A DNA stretch of 63,161 bases, the filler included. It is 8 parts of 8 records of this genome, joined end to end, with 100 filler letters (N's around TTAATTAATTAA, not from the genome) between each part and the next. Parts side by side here need not be neighbours in the genome. Positions count along the whole stretch, not along the records: positions 29,102 to 44,311 come from SRR31156797_26279; positions 44,412 to 51,354 come from SRR31156797_26299; 6 more parts are not named here. One strand, given 5' to 3'. The first letter of the stretch is position 1; every line of letters starts with the position of its first letter. A program made the position numbers and the translations under genes. Below the pieces are notes generated by a model. The model saw only the letters and a program-made list of their open reading frames with translations. It searched no databases and was not told where the DNA came from. Below are positions 38,636 through 48,649 of this stretch, piece by piece.

Positions 38636-41600
38636 TCAGTCCCCGCCGTCCAATGCCCGCCGGACGGCGATCGCCAGTTCGTTGATGTTGTAGGGTTTCT
38701 GCAGCATGGATTTGGTCAGACTGGACGCGACCTTCCGGTCGCCGTTGACGGCCTGTTCGCGCTTCGACGTGAAGCCGCTGGTCAGCAGCACCTTCAGATC
38801 CGGCCTGTCTTTCAATGCCTCCAGGGCCAGGCCGTACCCATCCATGCCTTTCGGCATGATGACGTCGCAGAATAACAGGTCGATCGACAGATCGCGGCGC
38901 AGAATTTCCAGAGCCTCGGCCCCGGTGGTTGCGGTAATCGTCCTGTAGCCCAGGGATTCAAGGGCGCTGACAGCGGCATCGACCAGATCCTGTTCGTCGT
39001 CGACGACCAGGACCGTTTCATCGCCGCCGGGCAGGCCGTCGTCGTTATACGACCGGGATTGTGCATTTTCCACGACGTCCCGGGCGCGCGGCAGATAAAG
39101 GCGGATTGTCGTTCCCTCGCCGAGCTCGGAGTAAATCTTCACATGCCCGCCGGAACGCTGAACGAAACCGTAAACCATGCTCAGACCGAGGCCGGTTCCC
39201 TTGCCGACATCCTTTGTCGTGAAGAAGGGTTCGAACGCCTTTTCGACGGTTTCGGGAGGCATGCCGGTTCCGGTGTCGCTGACCGAGATCATGACGAAGT
39301 CGCCGGCCGAACTGCCGGGGTTGAGGTCGACATAAGCCTGGTCGATGACCTTGTTGGCGGTTTCGAACAGCAACGTGCCGCCGTTGGGCAGGGCATCGCC
39401 GGCGTTCAGCGCCAGATTGAGGATTGCGTTTTCCAGATCGCCGGGATCGATTTCGACCGGCCAGACGTCTTTGGCGAGATGGGCTTCCATCGAGATTGCC
39501 GGCGTCAGGGACTTGCCGACAAGGTTTTCCATGCCTTCGATGAAGTCGTTTACCGATACGTATTTGGTTTCGCCGACATCGGTTCGAGAAAAATCGAGTA
39601 TCTTTCGGGTCAGGTCGCTGCCGCGCCTGATCCCGGTCATGATGGTATCGTAGTGTTTCATCGAATTGGGATTGTCGGCGGCCTGGCCGTGCAACATCTG
39701 GGCGTTCATCGAAATGATGCCCAGCACGTTGTTCAAATCGTGGGCCAGGCCCCCCGACAACTGGCCGACGGCTTCCATCTTTTGGGCCTGGGCCAGTTGC
39801 CGTTCCAGGGCCTTGCGTTCGGAGATATCCTGAACCGAGCCGAAAATCTTGATACATTGCCCGTCCTCGACGACGGGACGGCCGATCGCCTTGCTCCAGA
39901 ACGGTTTGCCGGTCGCCGTGATGCAGCGAATCTCGAGATTGAAGGGGGTGCCGTCTTCGATCGCGCGCGCAAATGCCTCGTGCAGGACAGGCCCATCGTC
40001 GGGATGACAATAGTCGAGAAACCCATCCGGTTTCGGAGGGGCCTGTTCCTGGGATATTTCGAAAATGCGGTATGTTTCGGACGTCCAACTGGTCAGTTCG
40101 GAACCGGGGTCGTATTCCCAGCCGCCGATTTGGGCGACCCGCTCCATTTCGGTAAGCAGGGCTTCGTTCTTGCGCAAGGCATCCTCGGCGCGAACGCGTT
40201 CCGTGATGTCCGAGAAAATGTTGGCGAACTGGCCTTTTTCCGGCGAGTAGGCAATGGCTTCAAAATGCCGGTCGAGCGGTTTGAAATACCTCTGGAAGCG
40301 AATGGATTCACCGGTCAGGGCGACACGGCCGAATCTGTCGATCCATTCGTCTTCGATCGTCGGCAGGATTTCACGGACGGTTTTTCCGATCACGTCGCGG
40401 GTCATCCCGGTCATTGTCTCGAAGGCCGGGTTGACTTCCAGGAACCGGTAGTCGCAGGGCTTGCCATCGTCGTCCAGAATGATCTCGTGCAGGACAAAGC
40501 CGTTCAGCATGGTATCGAACAGGGCGCGATATTTCTGCTCGCTCCCGCGCAATGCGTTTTCGGCCTGCTTGCGTTCGGTGATGTCCGAGAAAATCGTCGC
40601 GAACTGACCTTTCCTCGGAGAGTACGCGTACACCTCGAAATGGCGATCGAGGTCGACGGAATAATCCTCGAAGGATGCGGGTTCGCCGGTGAGCGCGACC
40701 TTGCCGTAAATTTCGATCCAAGTTGTTTCCAGGTTCGGAAGGACTTCCAGGACCGTTTTACCGACGATGTCCCGGCCCAGCCCGGCTATTCCCTCGCAGG
40801 CCGGATTGACTTCCAGGAACCGGTAGTCGCAGGGTTTTCCGGCATCGTCCAGGATGATTTCGTGCAGGGCGAAGCCGTTCCGCATGGTGTCGAACAGACT
40901 GCGGTATTTCTTCTCGCTTTCGCGCAAGTGGTCGGCGGCCCGCTTGCGTTCGGTGATGTCCTGGATGATGCCGAACATGGCGAAAACCTTGCCCTCGGTA
41001 TCGAATTCGCATTCGCCCTTGGCGTAAACGTTGCGGACTTCGCCGTTCGGCCGCACGAGCCGCAACTCGAACTCGAAATCATTTCCCGTATCGATGGCCG
41101 TTGCCAGGTATTCGTTGACCTTTTCCCGGTCGTCCGGATGGTAGATGCTGACGGCATCCGGCACGGTATCAAAAGGCGCATCGGACGGATATCCGTAGAT
41201 ACGGTAAACCTCGTCCGATAGCTCGAGCTTTTGATCGGCGACGGTAAAGCGCCAATGCCCGAAATGGGCAAAGTGTTCGGCCCGCTTCAGAAGATCGGAC
41301 AAATGATCGCGTTCGGTGATGTCGCGGCCGATGCCAAGGACCCCGATGACCTTCCCCTGGTTGTCTTTCAGCGGGGTTTTTGTCGTCTCCAGCAACGCTT
41401 CGTGGCCATCGTCGGCGAAGGTGACCCGCTCTTCATTTCGCAGCGGTCCGCCGGCATCCATGGCCGCACGGTCGTGCTTGCGGAAAAAATCGGCCAGTTC
41501 GGAATCGACGAAATCGTAATCGGTTTTACCGACGATTTGATTTTCGGTTGCGCCGAAAAACCGTTCGAACATCTTGTTGCAGGCAAGGTATTTGCCGTCC

Positions 41601-42229
41601 AGGTCCTTCAGCCAGACGAGATCGGGCACGGTTTCGATAATCAGGCGTTTCTGTTCCTCGCTTGCCTGCAGGGCCTTTTCGGCCCGCTTGCGCTCGGCCA
41701 GTTCGGCGTCACTGCGCAGCTTCGAAGCGCCCATTTCGCCGATGGTATTGGCCAACAGGCTGAGGAAACCCATCGTCTTCTCGACCTGGCGTTCGGAGAA
41801 GATCGGAACCCGCGACAGGGCGGCCAGGTACTCGGTTTCGTCAAAGCCGAATTCGTCCGCCTGCTTTTTGAAATACGTCTTGTCCGGAGGCGAGTAAAAA
41901 AACTGACCGGTGAACAGGTTGCCGACGTGGTTGCCGGCTATCATGATCGGGACGGCGACATCGACAAGCCCGTTTTTGCATCGATAAACGTTGTATTCCT
42001 GCCCGGATTCCAACTGGCCGGCCAATTGGGTATCGCTTTCCAGGCAACGGCAGGCGGTGTCGGGGTGGGCCCGATGAAACCGGGTGCAGATCTCCTGCCA
42101 GCCGACCGCCAGCAGCACGGTGCCTTCGATGTCGAGGACGGCCGTCAACGTTCCCGTCGCTTCGAAGAAGCTTTCGAAGAGGGTTTTCAGAACGTCGATA
42201 TCGACGACATCGATCAACTTAAACTGCAT
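38636..42229 (-). CDS. Hybrid sensor kinase: PocR, multiple PAS, HisKA/HATPase, receiver
   Basis: PocR motifs (ICTRFHR, CKNGLVD, GQFF), AHDLNN, FTTKDVGKGTGLGL and receiver DVIMP. Start ATG 42229 after GGAG. Confidence 0.94.
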   Translation of the reverse strand: MQFKLIDVVDIDVLKTLFESFFEATGTLTAVLDIEGTVLLAVGWQEICTRFHRAHPDTACRCLESDTQLAGQLESGQEYNVYRCKNGLVDVAVPIMIAGNHVGNLFTGQFFYSPPDKTYFKKQADEFGFDETEYLAALSRVPIFSERQVEKTMGFLSLLANTIGEMGASKLRSDAELAERKRAEKALQASEEQKRLIIETVPDLVWLKDLDGKYLACNKMFERFFGATENQIVGKTDYDFVDSELADFFRKHDRAAMDAGGPLRNEERVTFADDGHEALLETTKTPLKDNQGKVIGVLGIGRDITERDHLSDLLKRAEHFAHFGHWRFTVADQKLELSDEVYRIYGYPSDAPFDTVPDAVSIYHPDDREKVNEYLATAIDTGNDFEFELRLVRPNGEVRNVYAKGECEFDTEGKVFAMFGIIQDITERKRAADHLRESEKKYRSLFDTMRNGFALHEIILDDAGKPCDYRFLEVNPACEGIAGLGRDIVGKTVLEVLPNLETTWIEIYGKVALTGEPASFEDYSVDLDRHFEVYAYSPRKGQFATIFSDITERKQAENALRGSEQKYRALFDTMLNGFVLHEIILDDDGKPCDYRFLEVNPAFETMTGMTRDVIGKTVREILPTIEDEWIDRFGRVALTGESIRFQRYFKPLDRHFEAIAYSPEKGQFANIFSDITERVRAEDALRKNEALLTEMERVAQIGGWEYDPGSELTSWTSETYRIFEISQEQAPPKPDGFLDYCHPDDGPVLHEAFARAIEDGTPFNLEIRCITATGKPFWSKAIGRPVVEDGQCIKIFGSVQDISERKALERQLAQAQKMEAVGQLSGGLAHDLNNVLGIISMNAQMLHGQAADNPNSMKHYDTIMTGIRRGSDLTRKILDFSRTDVGETKYVSVNDFIEGMENLVGKSLTPAISMEAHLAKDVWPVEIDPGDLENAILNLALNAGDALPNGGTLLFETANKVIDQAYVDLNPGSSAGDFVMISVSDTGTGMPPETVEKAFEPFFTTKDVGKGTGLGLSMVYGFVQRSGGHVKIYSELGEGTTIRLYLPRARDVVENAQSRSYNDDGLPGGDETVLVVDDEQDLVDAAVSALESLGYRTITATTGAEALEILRRDLSIDLLFCDVIMPKGMDGYGLALEALKDRPDLKVLLTSGFTSKREQAVNGDRKVASSLTKSMLQKPYNINELAIAVRRALDGGD

Positions 42230-42427
42230 TTTCGACGCACTCCAGGCGATGCCGTATGTTACCGTTTCCAACGGCGATAGGAACAGCTTTTTTGTTTCAA
42301 CCTAGGGGTGTTTCGGCCGGCGGCGGACTATCTTCTTTTCGATGCCAAACGATCCGGCGGAACGTATTGGATCGCGGCCGGAACCGGCGCCTAAAGCGCC
42401 ATCGCCGCACGGTACCGGGGAAGCGCC

Positions 42428-42459
42428 AAAAAAAAGCCCGCCGGGTTGGCCCGGCGGGC
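42428..42459 (-). terminator. Intrinsic terminator of uraA
   Basis: GCCCGCCGGG/CCCGGCGGGC stem with an A-run on + (U-tail on -). Confidence 0.85.
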
Positions 42460-42479
42460 GGAAGTGGTTGCGGCAGTTC

Positions 42480-43799
42480 TTATTCGGCGGCTTCGGCGAC
42501 GGCCTCGTCACCGACCGATGCGAACAAGGATTCGACGGTCGCTTCTTCGCGGCCCGGCATGAACCAATTGAGAACGACGCCGACGATGGCGGCAAACGCC
42601 ATCGACGAAACCTGCACCGTCTCGGTGACGTGAATGACGGCGCCGCCGATGCCGATGACCAGGATCACCGAACAGATGATGAGGTTGCGTTTTTGCGTGA
42701 AGTCGACCTTGCGGTCGATCATCAGGCGCAGGCCCGACGCCGCGATGATGCCGAACAGCAGGATCGAGACGCCGCCCATCACCGCCGTCGGGATCGACTG
42801 GATGAAGGCGGCAATGACGCCGACAAAGCCGAAGACGATGGCCAGAACCGCGGCGCCGCCGGTGACGAAGACGCTGAACACGCGGGTGATGGCGATGACG
42901 CCAATATTTTCGCCGTAGGTCGTGTTCGGCGGTCCGCCGAGGAAGGCGGCGAGGCTGGTTGCCAGGCCGTCACCCAGCAACGAGCGGTGCAGGCCGGGAT
43001 CGACCAGGAAGTTGCGCCCGGTCACCTTGCTGATCACGGTCTGGTCGCCGATATGCTCGGCGATCGTGACCAGGGCCACCGGCGCCACCATCAGGATGAT
43101 CGCCAGCGAAATGGTCGGCGACACGGTAACGCCCGGGATCATGAAATCGGGAACCGCAAACAGCGGCGCCGCCGCGATGCTCGACAGGTCGACCAGCCCG
43201 AACGGGATGGCGATGATGTATCCCCCGATGATGCCGAACAGGATCGGGATCAGGCCGAAGATGCCCTTCATGTAGGCGGCGAAGATGACGGCGATGAGAA
43301 GGGCCGACATGGCGACGATGAAGTCGTTGAGGCTGTAGGGCCCGCCCGCCGCCTGTCCGGTCGCCATCTTGACGGCGATGCCGGCCAAGCCGAGACCGAT
43401 GACGATGATGACCGGGCCGATGACGATCGGCGGCAGCAGTTTCATCAGCCAGCCGACCCCGTATTTGGCGATCAGGCCGGAAACGACGACATAGACCAGC
43501 CCGGCGGTGAAACAGCCGATCAGCGCGCCCTCGGCGCCGCCGATGGTCTTGGCGGCGATGATCGGACCGATGAAGGCAAACGACGATCCCAGATAGACCG
43601 GGATCTTGCCGCGGGTGCAGATGATGTAAAGCAACGTTCCGAGGCCACTGGTAACCAGCGCGACGGCTGGGTTCAACCCAGTCAAAAACGGCACCAGAAC
43701 CGTGGCGCCGAACATTGCAAACAGGTGTTGAAGGCTAAAAAGCAGCCACGGCCCGGGTTCCGGGCGATCATGGACGTCCAGTACGCATTTCTCGTTCAT
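42480..43799 (-). CDS. uraA: Uracil permease (NCS2 family)
   Basis: SLQHLFAMFGATVLVP, YLGSSFAF, AEHIGD and NTTYGENIG. Confidence 0.95.
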   Translation of the reverse strand: MNEKCVLDVHDRPEPGPWLLFSLQHLFAMFGATVLVPFLTGLNPAVALVTSGLGTLLYIICTRGKIPVYLGSSFAFIGPIIAAKTIGGAEGALIGCFTAGLVYVVVSGLIAKYGVGWLMKLLPPIVIGPVIIVIGLGLAGIAVKMATGQAAGGPYSLNDFIVAMSALLIAVIFAAYMKGIFGLIPILFGIIGGYIIAIPFGLVDLSSIAAAPLFAVPDFMIPGVTVSPTISLAIILMVAPVALVTIAEHIGDQTVISKVTGRNFLVDPGLHRSLLGDGLATSLAAFLGGPPNTTYGENIGVIAITRVFSVFVTGGAAVLAIVFGFVGVIAAFIQSIPTAVMGGVSILLFGIIAASGLRLMIDRKVDFTQKRNLIICSVILVIGIGGAVIHVTETVQVSSMAFAAIVGVVLNWFMPGREEATVESLFASVGDEAVAEAAE

Positions 43800-43945
43800 T
43801 TAGAAAGATTCCCCCTAACGTGGTCTGACGACCGCGCTTCGGAGGCGGCAGAAGGGCCCGATCCCGTAAGCCCGGTCTCGGAGGCAATGGTTTCGCATAA
43901 GGGGGGGGGCGGATAAAGCCCCATTTTTCCCATATTTTCCCCTAT

Positions 43946-43954
43946 TTATCCACA
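43946..43954 (+). promoter_or_regulatory. Consensus DnaA box upstream of uraA
   Basis: TTATCCACA. Confidence 0.4.
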
Positions 43955-44031
43955 GGGGCGGAATATCTAGTTGTTTCGTTGTCATTATTTGGTCACAGAA
44001 CCGGGCTGTGAAAAGCGCGGTTTTTCGCCGT

Positions 44032-44311
44032 TCAACCGCCGTTTTCCAGCGCGTCGTGGGCGACCAGCCAGGCTTCCTCGGTCGCCGTCAGATCCTGGTC
44101 GATTTTGGCCAGCCGAATCTGCAATTCGGTGACCCGGCCGTCGGTTTGCGCATAGGTTTCCGGTTTTGCCAGTTCGGATTCCAGTTTTTTCTTTTCCGCC
44201 GACAGCCGGTTGATGGTGGATTCGGCATCGCGGACGGCTTTACGCAAGGGGGCCCGTTGCGCCCGCGTTTGCGCCCTGTCGCGCCGGGCCTGGCGCCGCC
44301 CGTTGACGTCC
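44032..44311 (-). CDS. ABC-F family ATPase C-terminus (YheS/Uup-like), 5' truncated
   Basis: RAQRAPLRKAVRDAE...LAKPETY...EEAWL coiled-coil tail. Confidence 0.8.
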
Positions 44312-44411
44312 NNNNNNNNNNNNNNNNNNNNNNNNNNNNNNNNNNNNNNNNNNNNTTAATTAATTAANNNNNNNNNNNNNNNNNNNNNNNNNNNNNNNNN
44401 NNNNNNNNNNN
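44312..44411. other. Artificial contig linker
   Basis: N-run, TTAATTAATTAA, N-run. Confidence 0.98.
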
Positions 44412-44942
44412 TCCTACTGGAGTCGTATCCAGTTCATTCTCAATTTCAATGTGCCGGTTTAATACCACTTGAAATTTCTCAGACTCATATCTCTCCCGAA
44501 TCCAGGATAAATCATTTTCTGTGATGTCATCACGAATCCTCTCTGGTAGGTATTCAGGATTGTCAGGTTGTTTCCAATTTGAAGAAGGCTGGAAATCCTG
44601 AAGCTGCTTCTCTTCTCCCAGAAGGTGAGGGAGGAGATAGATGTTGGAAAGCATTGTCCTGGCAAGAATATAGTCTCCATCCTTCCCCATACGGTGTAAT
44701 ATCAAAGCCCAACATAGTAGCGCAAAGGGTTCTCCAGCATCATCTGAAAACTCTTTCTCAAACCATCTCAAATACTCAGAAGACCGGCGGTTATCTCCAA
44801 GAAGGAAGTAGAGATAGAAGAGGTAGTCTCTGGCACCACCTGAATCATCATGACCGCCGTACTCCCGTTTGAAAGCTGAGAGCTGGCTGCGGATCTTGGT
44901 TATTCTGTTTGATATGCCTTTCGGTGTTTTGGGGAAGGTCAC
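44412..44942 (-). CDS. Hypothetical helical protein, 3' truncated
   Basis: Long ORF coupled to the upstream gene (YGGHDDSGGARDY, WFEKEFSDDAGEP). Confidence 0.75.
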
Positions 44943-45136
44943 TTATTACCTAAGGCTTCCAAGATATTACTGAAATCACCAAATTCATTAACATGTTTAA
45001 TCGTTCTTTCCCACTCTTGTTTTTCAATTGATTTATTATTAAATTTTTCTACACTATCTTTATCAGTAATGAAGACGAACAAATCATACTCATCCGCTAT
45101 TTTTCTGATATTCTTTATAGCCTCAATTTTTGACAT
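44939..45136 (-). CDS. Small hypothetical protein
   Basis: MSKIEAIKNIRK..., with GGAG upstream; overlaps the vsr stop and the next gene start. Confidence 0.6.
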   Translation of the reverse strand: MSKIEAIKNIRKIADEYDLFVFITDKDSVEKFNNKSIEKQEWERTIKHVNEFGDFSNILEALGNK

Positions 45137-45581
45137 TTGGAATCTCCAATCTAGTTGATTTTGAATTATAGAGCCAGTATTCAATTTCATCGATAACTTT
45201 ACTTATCTCAGCTTCTTTTTTTCCCTTGATTGAACATTCCCAGACTATAGCTATACGCCATTTTTTATCCAGTAGTGATTGAATGACCCTATTATCCCTG
45301 TCTTTATTCCCTGTAAGCTTCTTCTCCCAGAACTCTGTTCTTGATTTTGGAAGGACAAATAGAGGGCAGTCATGCATATGCCAGAAACAGCCATGAATTA
45401 AGATTACTGCATTATATTTTGGAAGGGAAAGGTCAGGTTTACCTGGTAGTTTTTTTGAATATAGTGAGTATCTAAATCCTCTAGAAAATAATCCTTTTCT
45501 AATAAGGAGTTCGGGTTTTGTATTCTTTGAGCGAATTTGACCCATCATTTTTGAACGTGTTTTGGAATCTACAATGTCCAT
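45123..45581 (-). CDS. vsr: Very short patch repair endonuclease
   Basis: RSKMM.QIRSKNTKPE, LPGKPD, HGCFWHMH and VWEC. Confidence 0.96.
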   Translation of the reverse strand: MDIVDSKTRSKMMGQIRSKNTKPELLIRKGLFSRGFRYSLYSKKLPGKPDLSLPKYNAVILIHGCFWHMHDCPLFVLPKSRTEFWEKKLTGNKDRDNRVIQSLLDKKWRIAIVWECSIKGKKEAEISKVIDEIEYWLYNSKSTRLEIPNVKN

Positions 45582-46825
45582 CAGACTACAAGTGATGGCT
45601 CAGGTGCATAATCCTTTGCTTCAAGAACAAGAGGCTTTATAGCTTTTGCTACTTCCCTGAATACAGGAACAACAACGCTATTTCCAAATTGTTTATATGC
45701 TCGAGTATCTGAAACGGGGATTATATAGCTATCATCAAAACCCATAAGCCTTGCACACTCTCTTGGAGTTAGTCTTCGTGGATTCTTTCCTTCTTGGTAA
45801 ACCAATATTTCTGAACCATCTTTATAGTACCGTGCGGATAATGTTCTTGTGACGTCATTTTCCTTAACCAATCCAAAACCAAAGCCATTCCCTTTGGCTT
45901 TATGCTTGGCAGCATAATCCTGAAGATATTTCCACAAATGGTCTGTAAGAGTGTATTTATCATGTTGCTTGTTTCTTGCATGATCAAAATACTTATCTCC
46001 ATCATGCTCAAGGAAAGGCTCTGTTCCATCAGTTTTATGAAGGATAGCTTTGAGTTTTACAGAACCCTTTTCTGGTAGATTTAACAAATCCCAACTAAAA
46101 TCAGTTTCCTTCTTGAAACCTACTAGTACAATTCTTTCACGATGCTGAGGAACCCAGTGCTGACCATCTATAACTTTAGGAAATACTTGATATTCAAGCT
46201 CTTCTTCGAGGGTTTTCATTATTACTCTGAAAGTATTTCCTTTATCATGAGACATGAGGTTTTTCACATTCTCAAGTACAAAGGCAGTCGGCCTTTTTTC
46301 ATCTATGATTCTGGCAACATCAAAGAACAGGGTACCTTGCGTTTCATCCTCAAATCCATGAGATCTACCTAAAGCATTCTTTTTAGATACACCTGCGATT
46401 GAGAATGGCTGACATGGAAAACCGGCAAGCAATATATCATGATCTGGGATCTCTGTTGTCTCTACTTTAGTAATATCCCCATTAAGTAACTCCCCATCAT
46501 TATAGTTCTGAGCATATGTCATTTGAGCATATGAGTCCCATTCAGATGTAAATACACATTCCCCATTTACAGCTTCAAATGCTTTACGTATTCCTCCAAT
46601 TCCTGCAAAAAGGTCAATGAAGGTGAAGTCTCCGGGAGATTGTCTTTTTTTAGTTTTTATATTGATGAGTTTTTGAAGTCTATCAACTACATACTCTTTT
46701 GGCTCTGATTCACCTTTTAACCACCGTGTGATCGTACTTACATTCACTTCAAGCTCATCTGCAATCTGTCTTTTAGTATAAAAATTTAATGCATTTGAAA
46801 GATAATCTACAGTTTTGTAAGTCAT
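45581..46825 (-). CDS. dcm: C5 cytosine methyltransferase (Dcm/M.EcoRII-like, probably CCWGG or CCNGG) with N-terminal HTH
   Basis: DLFAGIGG, GFPCQPFS, ENVKNL, QHRER, TLSARYYKDGSEIL and QFGNSV; N-terminal IADELEVNVSTITRWLKG HTH. Confidence 0.95.
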   Translation of the reverse strand: MTYKTVDYLSNALNFYTKRQIADELEVNVSTITRWLKGESEPKEYVVDRLQKLINIKTKKRQSPGDFTFIDLFAGIGGIRKAFEAVNGECVFTSEWDSYAQMTYAQNYNDGELLNGDITKVETTEIPDHDILLAGFPCQPFSIAGVSKKNALGRSHGFEDETQGTLFFDVARIIDEKRPTAFVLENVKNLMSHDKGNTFRVIMKTLEEELEYQVFPKVIDGQHWVPQHRERIVLVGFKKETDFSWDLLNLPEKGSVKLKAILHKTDGTEPFLEHDGDKYFDHARNKQHDKYTLTDHLWKYLQDYAAKHKAKGNGFGFGLVKENDVTRTLSARYYKDGSEILVYQEGKNPRRLTPRECARLMGFDDSYIIPVSDTRAYKQFGNSVVVPVFREVAKAIKPLVLEAKDYAPEPSLVV

Positions 46826-46967
46826 TTGAACCGAAACTCCCTGGGACCATTTTTTGCATTATGCAATATCCTTTCCCATTTTGGAAGTCATAATTTTACT
46901 AAATTCATGTATAGTGCACAATTTCTTTTTACTTGACTACTTGAGTAGGGTTGTTTAGCCTGTTTTT

Positions 46968-48332
46968 ATGTCAGAATTAAATTTAGATTATGATGAGAAA
47001 AGCAATCAATTAAATACTGTCGAAGACCTCCAGAGGTTATTTGAATCTAAATCAGTTGACCTGATTTACATCAAGAAACTCTCACCAAAGCAGGATAATG
47101 ATAAGAACCAGATATATTTTGGGAGTGGTTTGAAGAGTCTTTCGAACTTATTTTCTGGAGATATTATTGAGAGATCAGAACCAGTCTCAAGCAAAAAAAA
47201 ATCTGATTTATATGGTGATATTGGCTTACAGCTGTATCTCAAATGGTACTGGATGGACAGAAATGGAAATATTGCACGGGCAAATGGAACAAAGGCCATT
47301 GAGTATCCCCAGTACCCGGAAGTGCGTTTGTCTGGTTTCCTTAGTGGTTGTCCTCTAGCTCCTCAGTCATTGAGAAGAACAAAGCAGTCACAATACGGAA
47401 CTCGTTACTTATGTTTTGGATTTACTCCAGAATTGGATACCGTTGGAATTGTTATAACTGAAGCAGAAGATGAACTTGCGAGAAGCTTTCCAGATTTGCC
47501 CGAGTACTCAGAATCCTCCCTACTTTCTGTTTTAATCGTAAATGACCAGTATCAATCCACACCTGGTGATATATTACTAAATTTGCTGAAGACAAAAGTT
47601 GGAAGTGAAAAACATTCCGGATTTATATTAAAACCTGATGGACCTGTTCCTTTTAATGGTAATCAGTCAGCAGGATATACCTTGGAAGGGTTGCTGGGTA
47701 TTGTCGCGAATGGTAAATCTGGTCCAGACATTTTAGGATATGAACTTAAAACAACCGGATCTTCAAATGGAACTCTAATTACAACCGAACCTGATTTAGG
47801 TGAGAAGGCAGATCTTGAATTTAAAGAGTATATGAGTCGATATGGTTCCCCAGGAAAAAAAGACTCAAATACAATAAGATTTACAGGCACTTTCTCACTT
47901 GATAAAAAACCAGTAGGCAAAGACTATATTCTACGATTATTTCGGGATGGTGAGAAAGATGGATTGCCTGGGCATATAGGTTTGTATTCGTTAGATGAAA
48001 AAATTCTAGTTCAGGGTTGGTCTTTTCAAAAGCTGAATAGTAAATGGGTCGAGAAACATTCCAACGCTGTGTATATTAAATATTCCAAAGAAAAAGATGA
48101 GAGTCGTAATGATGTGATTCAGTTTGGCCCTATATGTTGGTTCGCTCATGGAACGAGTTTTAATAATTTTTTAGAAGGGATAAGAGCGGGTGTAATATAT
48201 TTTGATCCAGCAGATAGCATATATGAAAATGGACAATCAAAGTCTAGGGCACAATGGAGATATCGAATTTCCCAGCGAGACGAGGTATATTCAACAATAT
48301 ATAATAATGTTGAGAAAATTGAACTTTATTAG
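46968..48332 (+). CDS. MvaI/BcnI-family restriction endonuclease with an additional N-terminal domain
   Basis: GYTLEGLLGI.AN.KSGPDILGYELK (PD-(D/E)xK), TLITTEPD and KWVEKHSNAVYI; divergent from dcm. Confidence 0.85.
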   Translation: MSELNLDYDEKSNQLNTVEDLQRLFESKSVDLIYIKKLSPKQDNDKNQIYFGSGLKSLSNLFSGDIIERSEPVSSKKKSDLYGDIGLQLYLKWYWMDRNGNIARANGTKAIEYPQYPEVRLSGFLSGCPLAPQSLRRTKQSQYGTRYLCFGFTPELDTVGIVITEAEDELARSFPDLPEYSESSLLSVLIVNDQYQSTPGDILLNLLKTKVGSEKHSGFILKPDGPVPFNGNQSAGYTLEGLLGIVANGKSGPDILGYELKTTGSSNGTLITTEPDLGEKADLEFKEYMSRYGSPGKKDSNTIRFTGTFSLDKKPVGKDYILRLFRDGEKDGLPGHIGLYSLDEKILVQGWSFQKLNSKWVEKHSNAVYIKYSKEKDESRNDVIQFGPICWFAHGTSFNNFLEGIRAGVIYFDPADSIYENGQSKSRAQWRYRISQRDEVYSTIYNNVEKIELY

Positions 48333-48649
48333 GTATGATCACCAGGTTGTAGTTCTTGAATCAAATAAGCTTCTTAATTAAATAAATCTTTCTAATTGTC
48401 AGTGATGAATATAGCAAAATTACCGTATTACTTCTGATAAGATGTCTTCTGTCTATTCGGATAATATATCATTAAGAAATAACATTCTAATATGATATAA
48501 TATTATTCAATAACTCAAGATGTGGATTAGGATCAGTAAATTGAAGAATCCACAGATGCATTTTGGTGCCATAAGCATTATTTTATACTTAATATATTTT
48601 AGTGATGTAATTCCTTTTTGGTATCGCACTTATATGAATAGGAGTATCA

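Noticed and set aside
39059-43916. Long plus-strand ORFs 39059-41221, 41231-42280 and 42343-43916
   Set aside because: Antisense shadows of the hybrid kinase and uraA.
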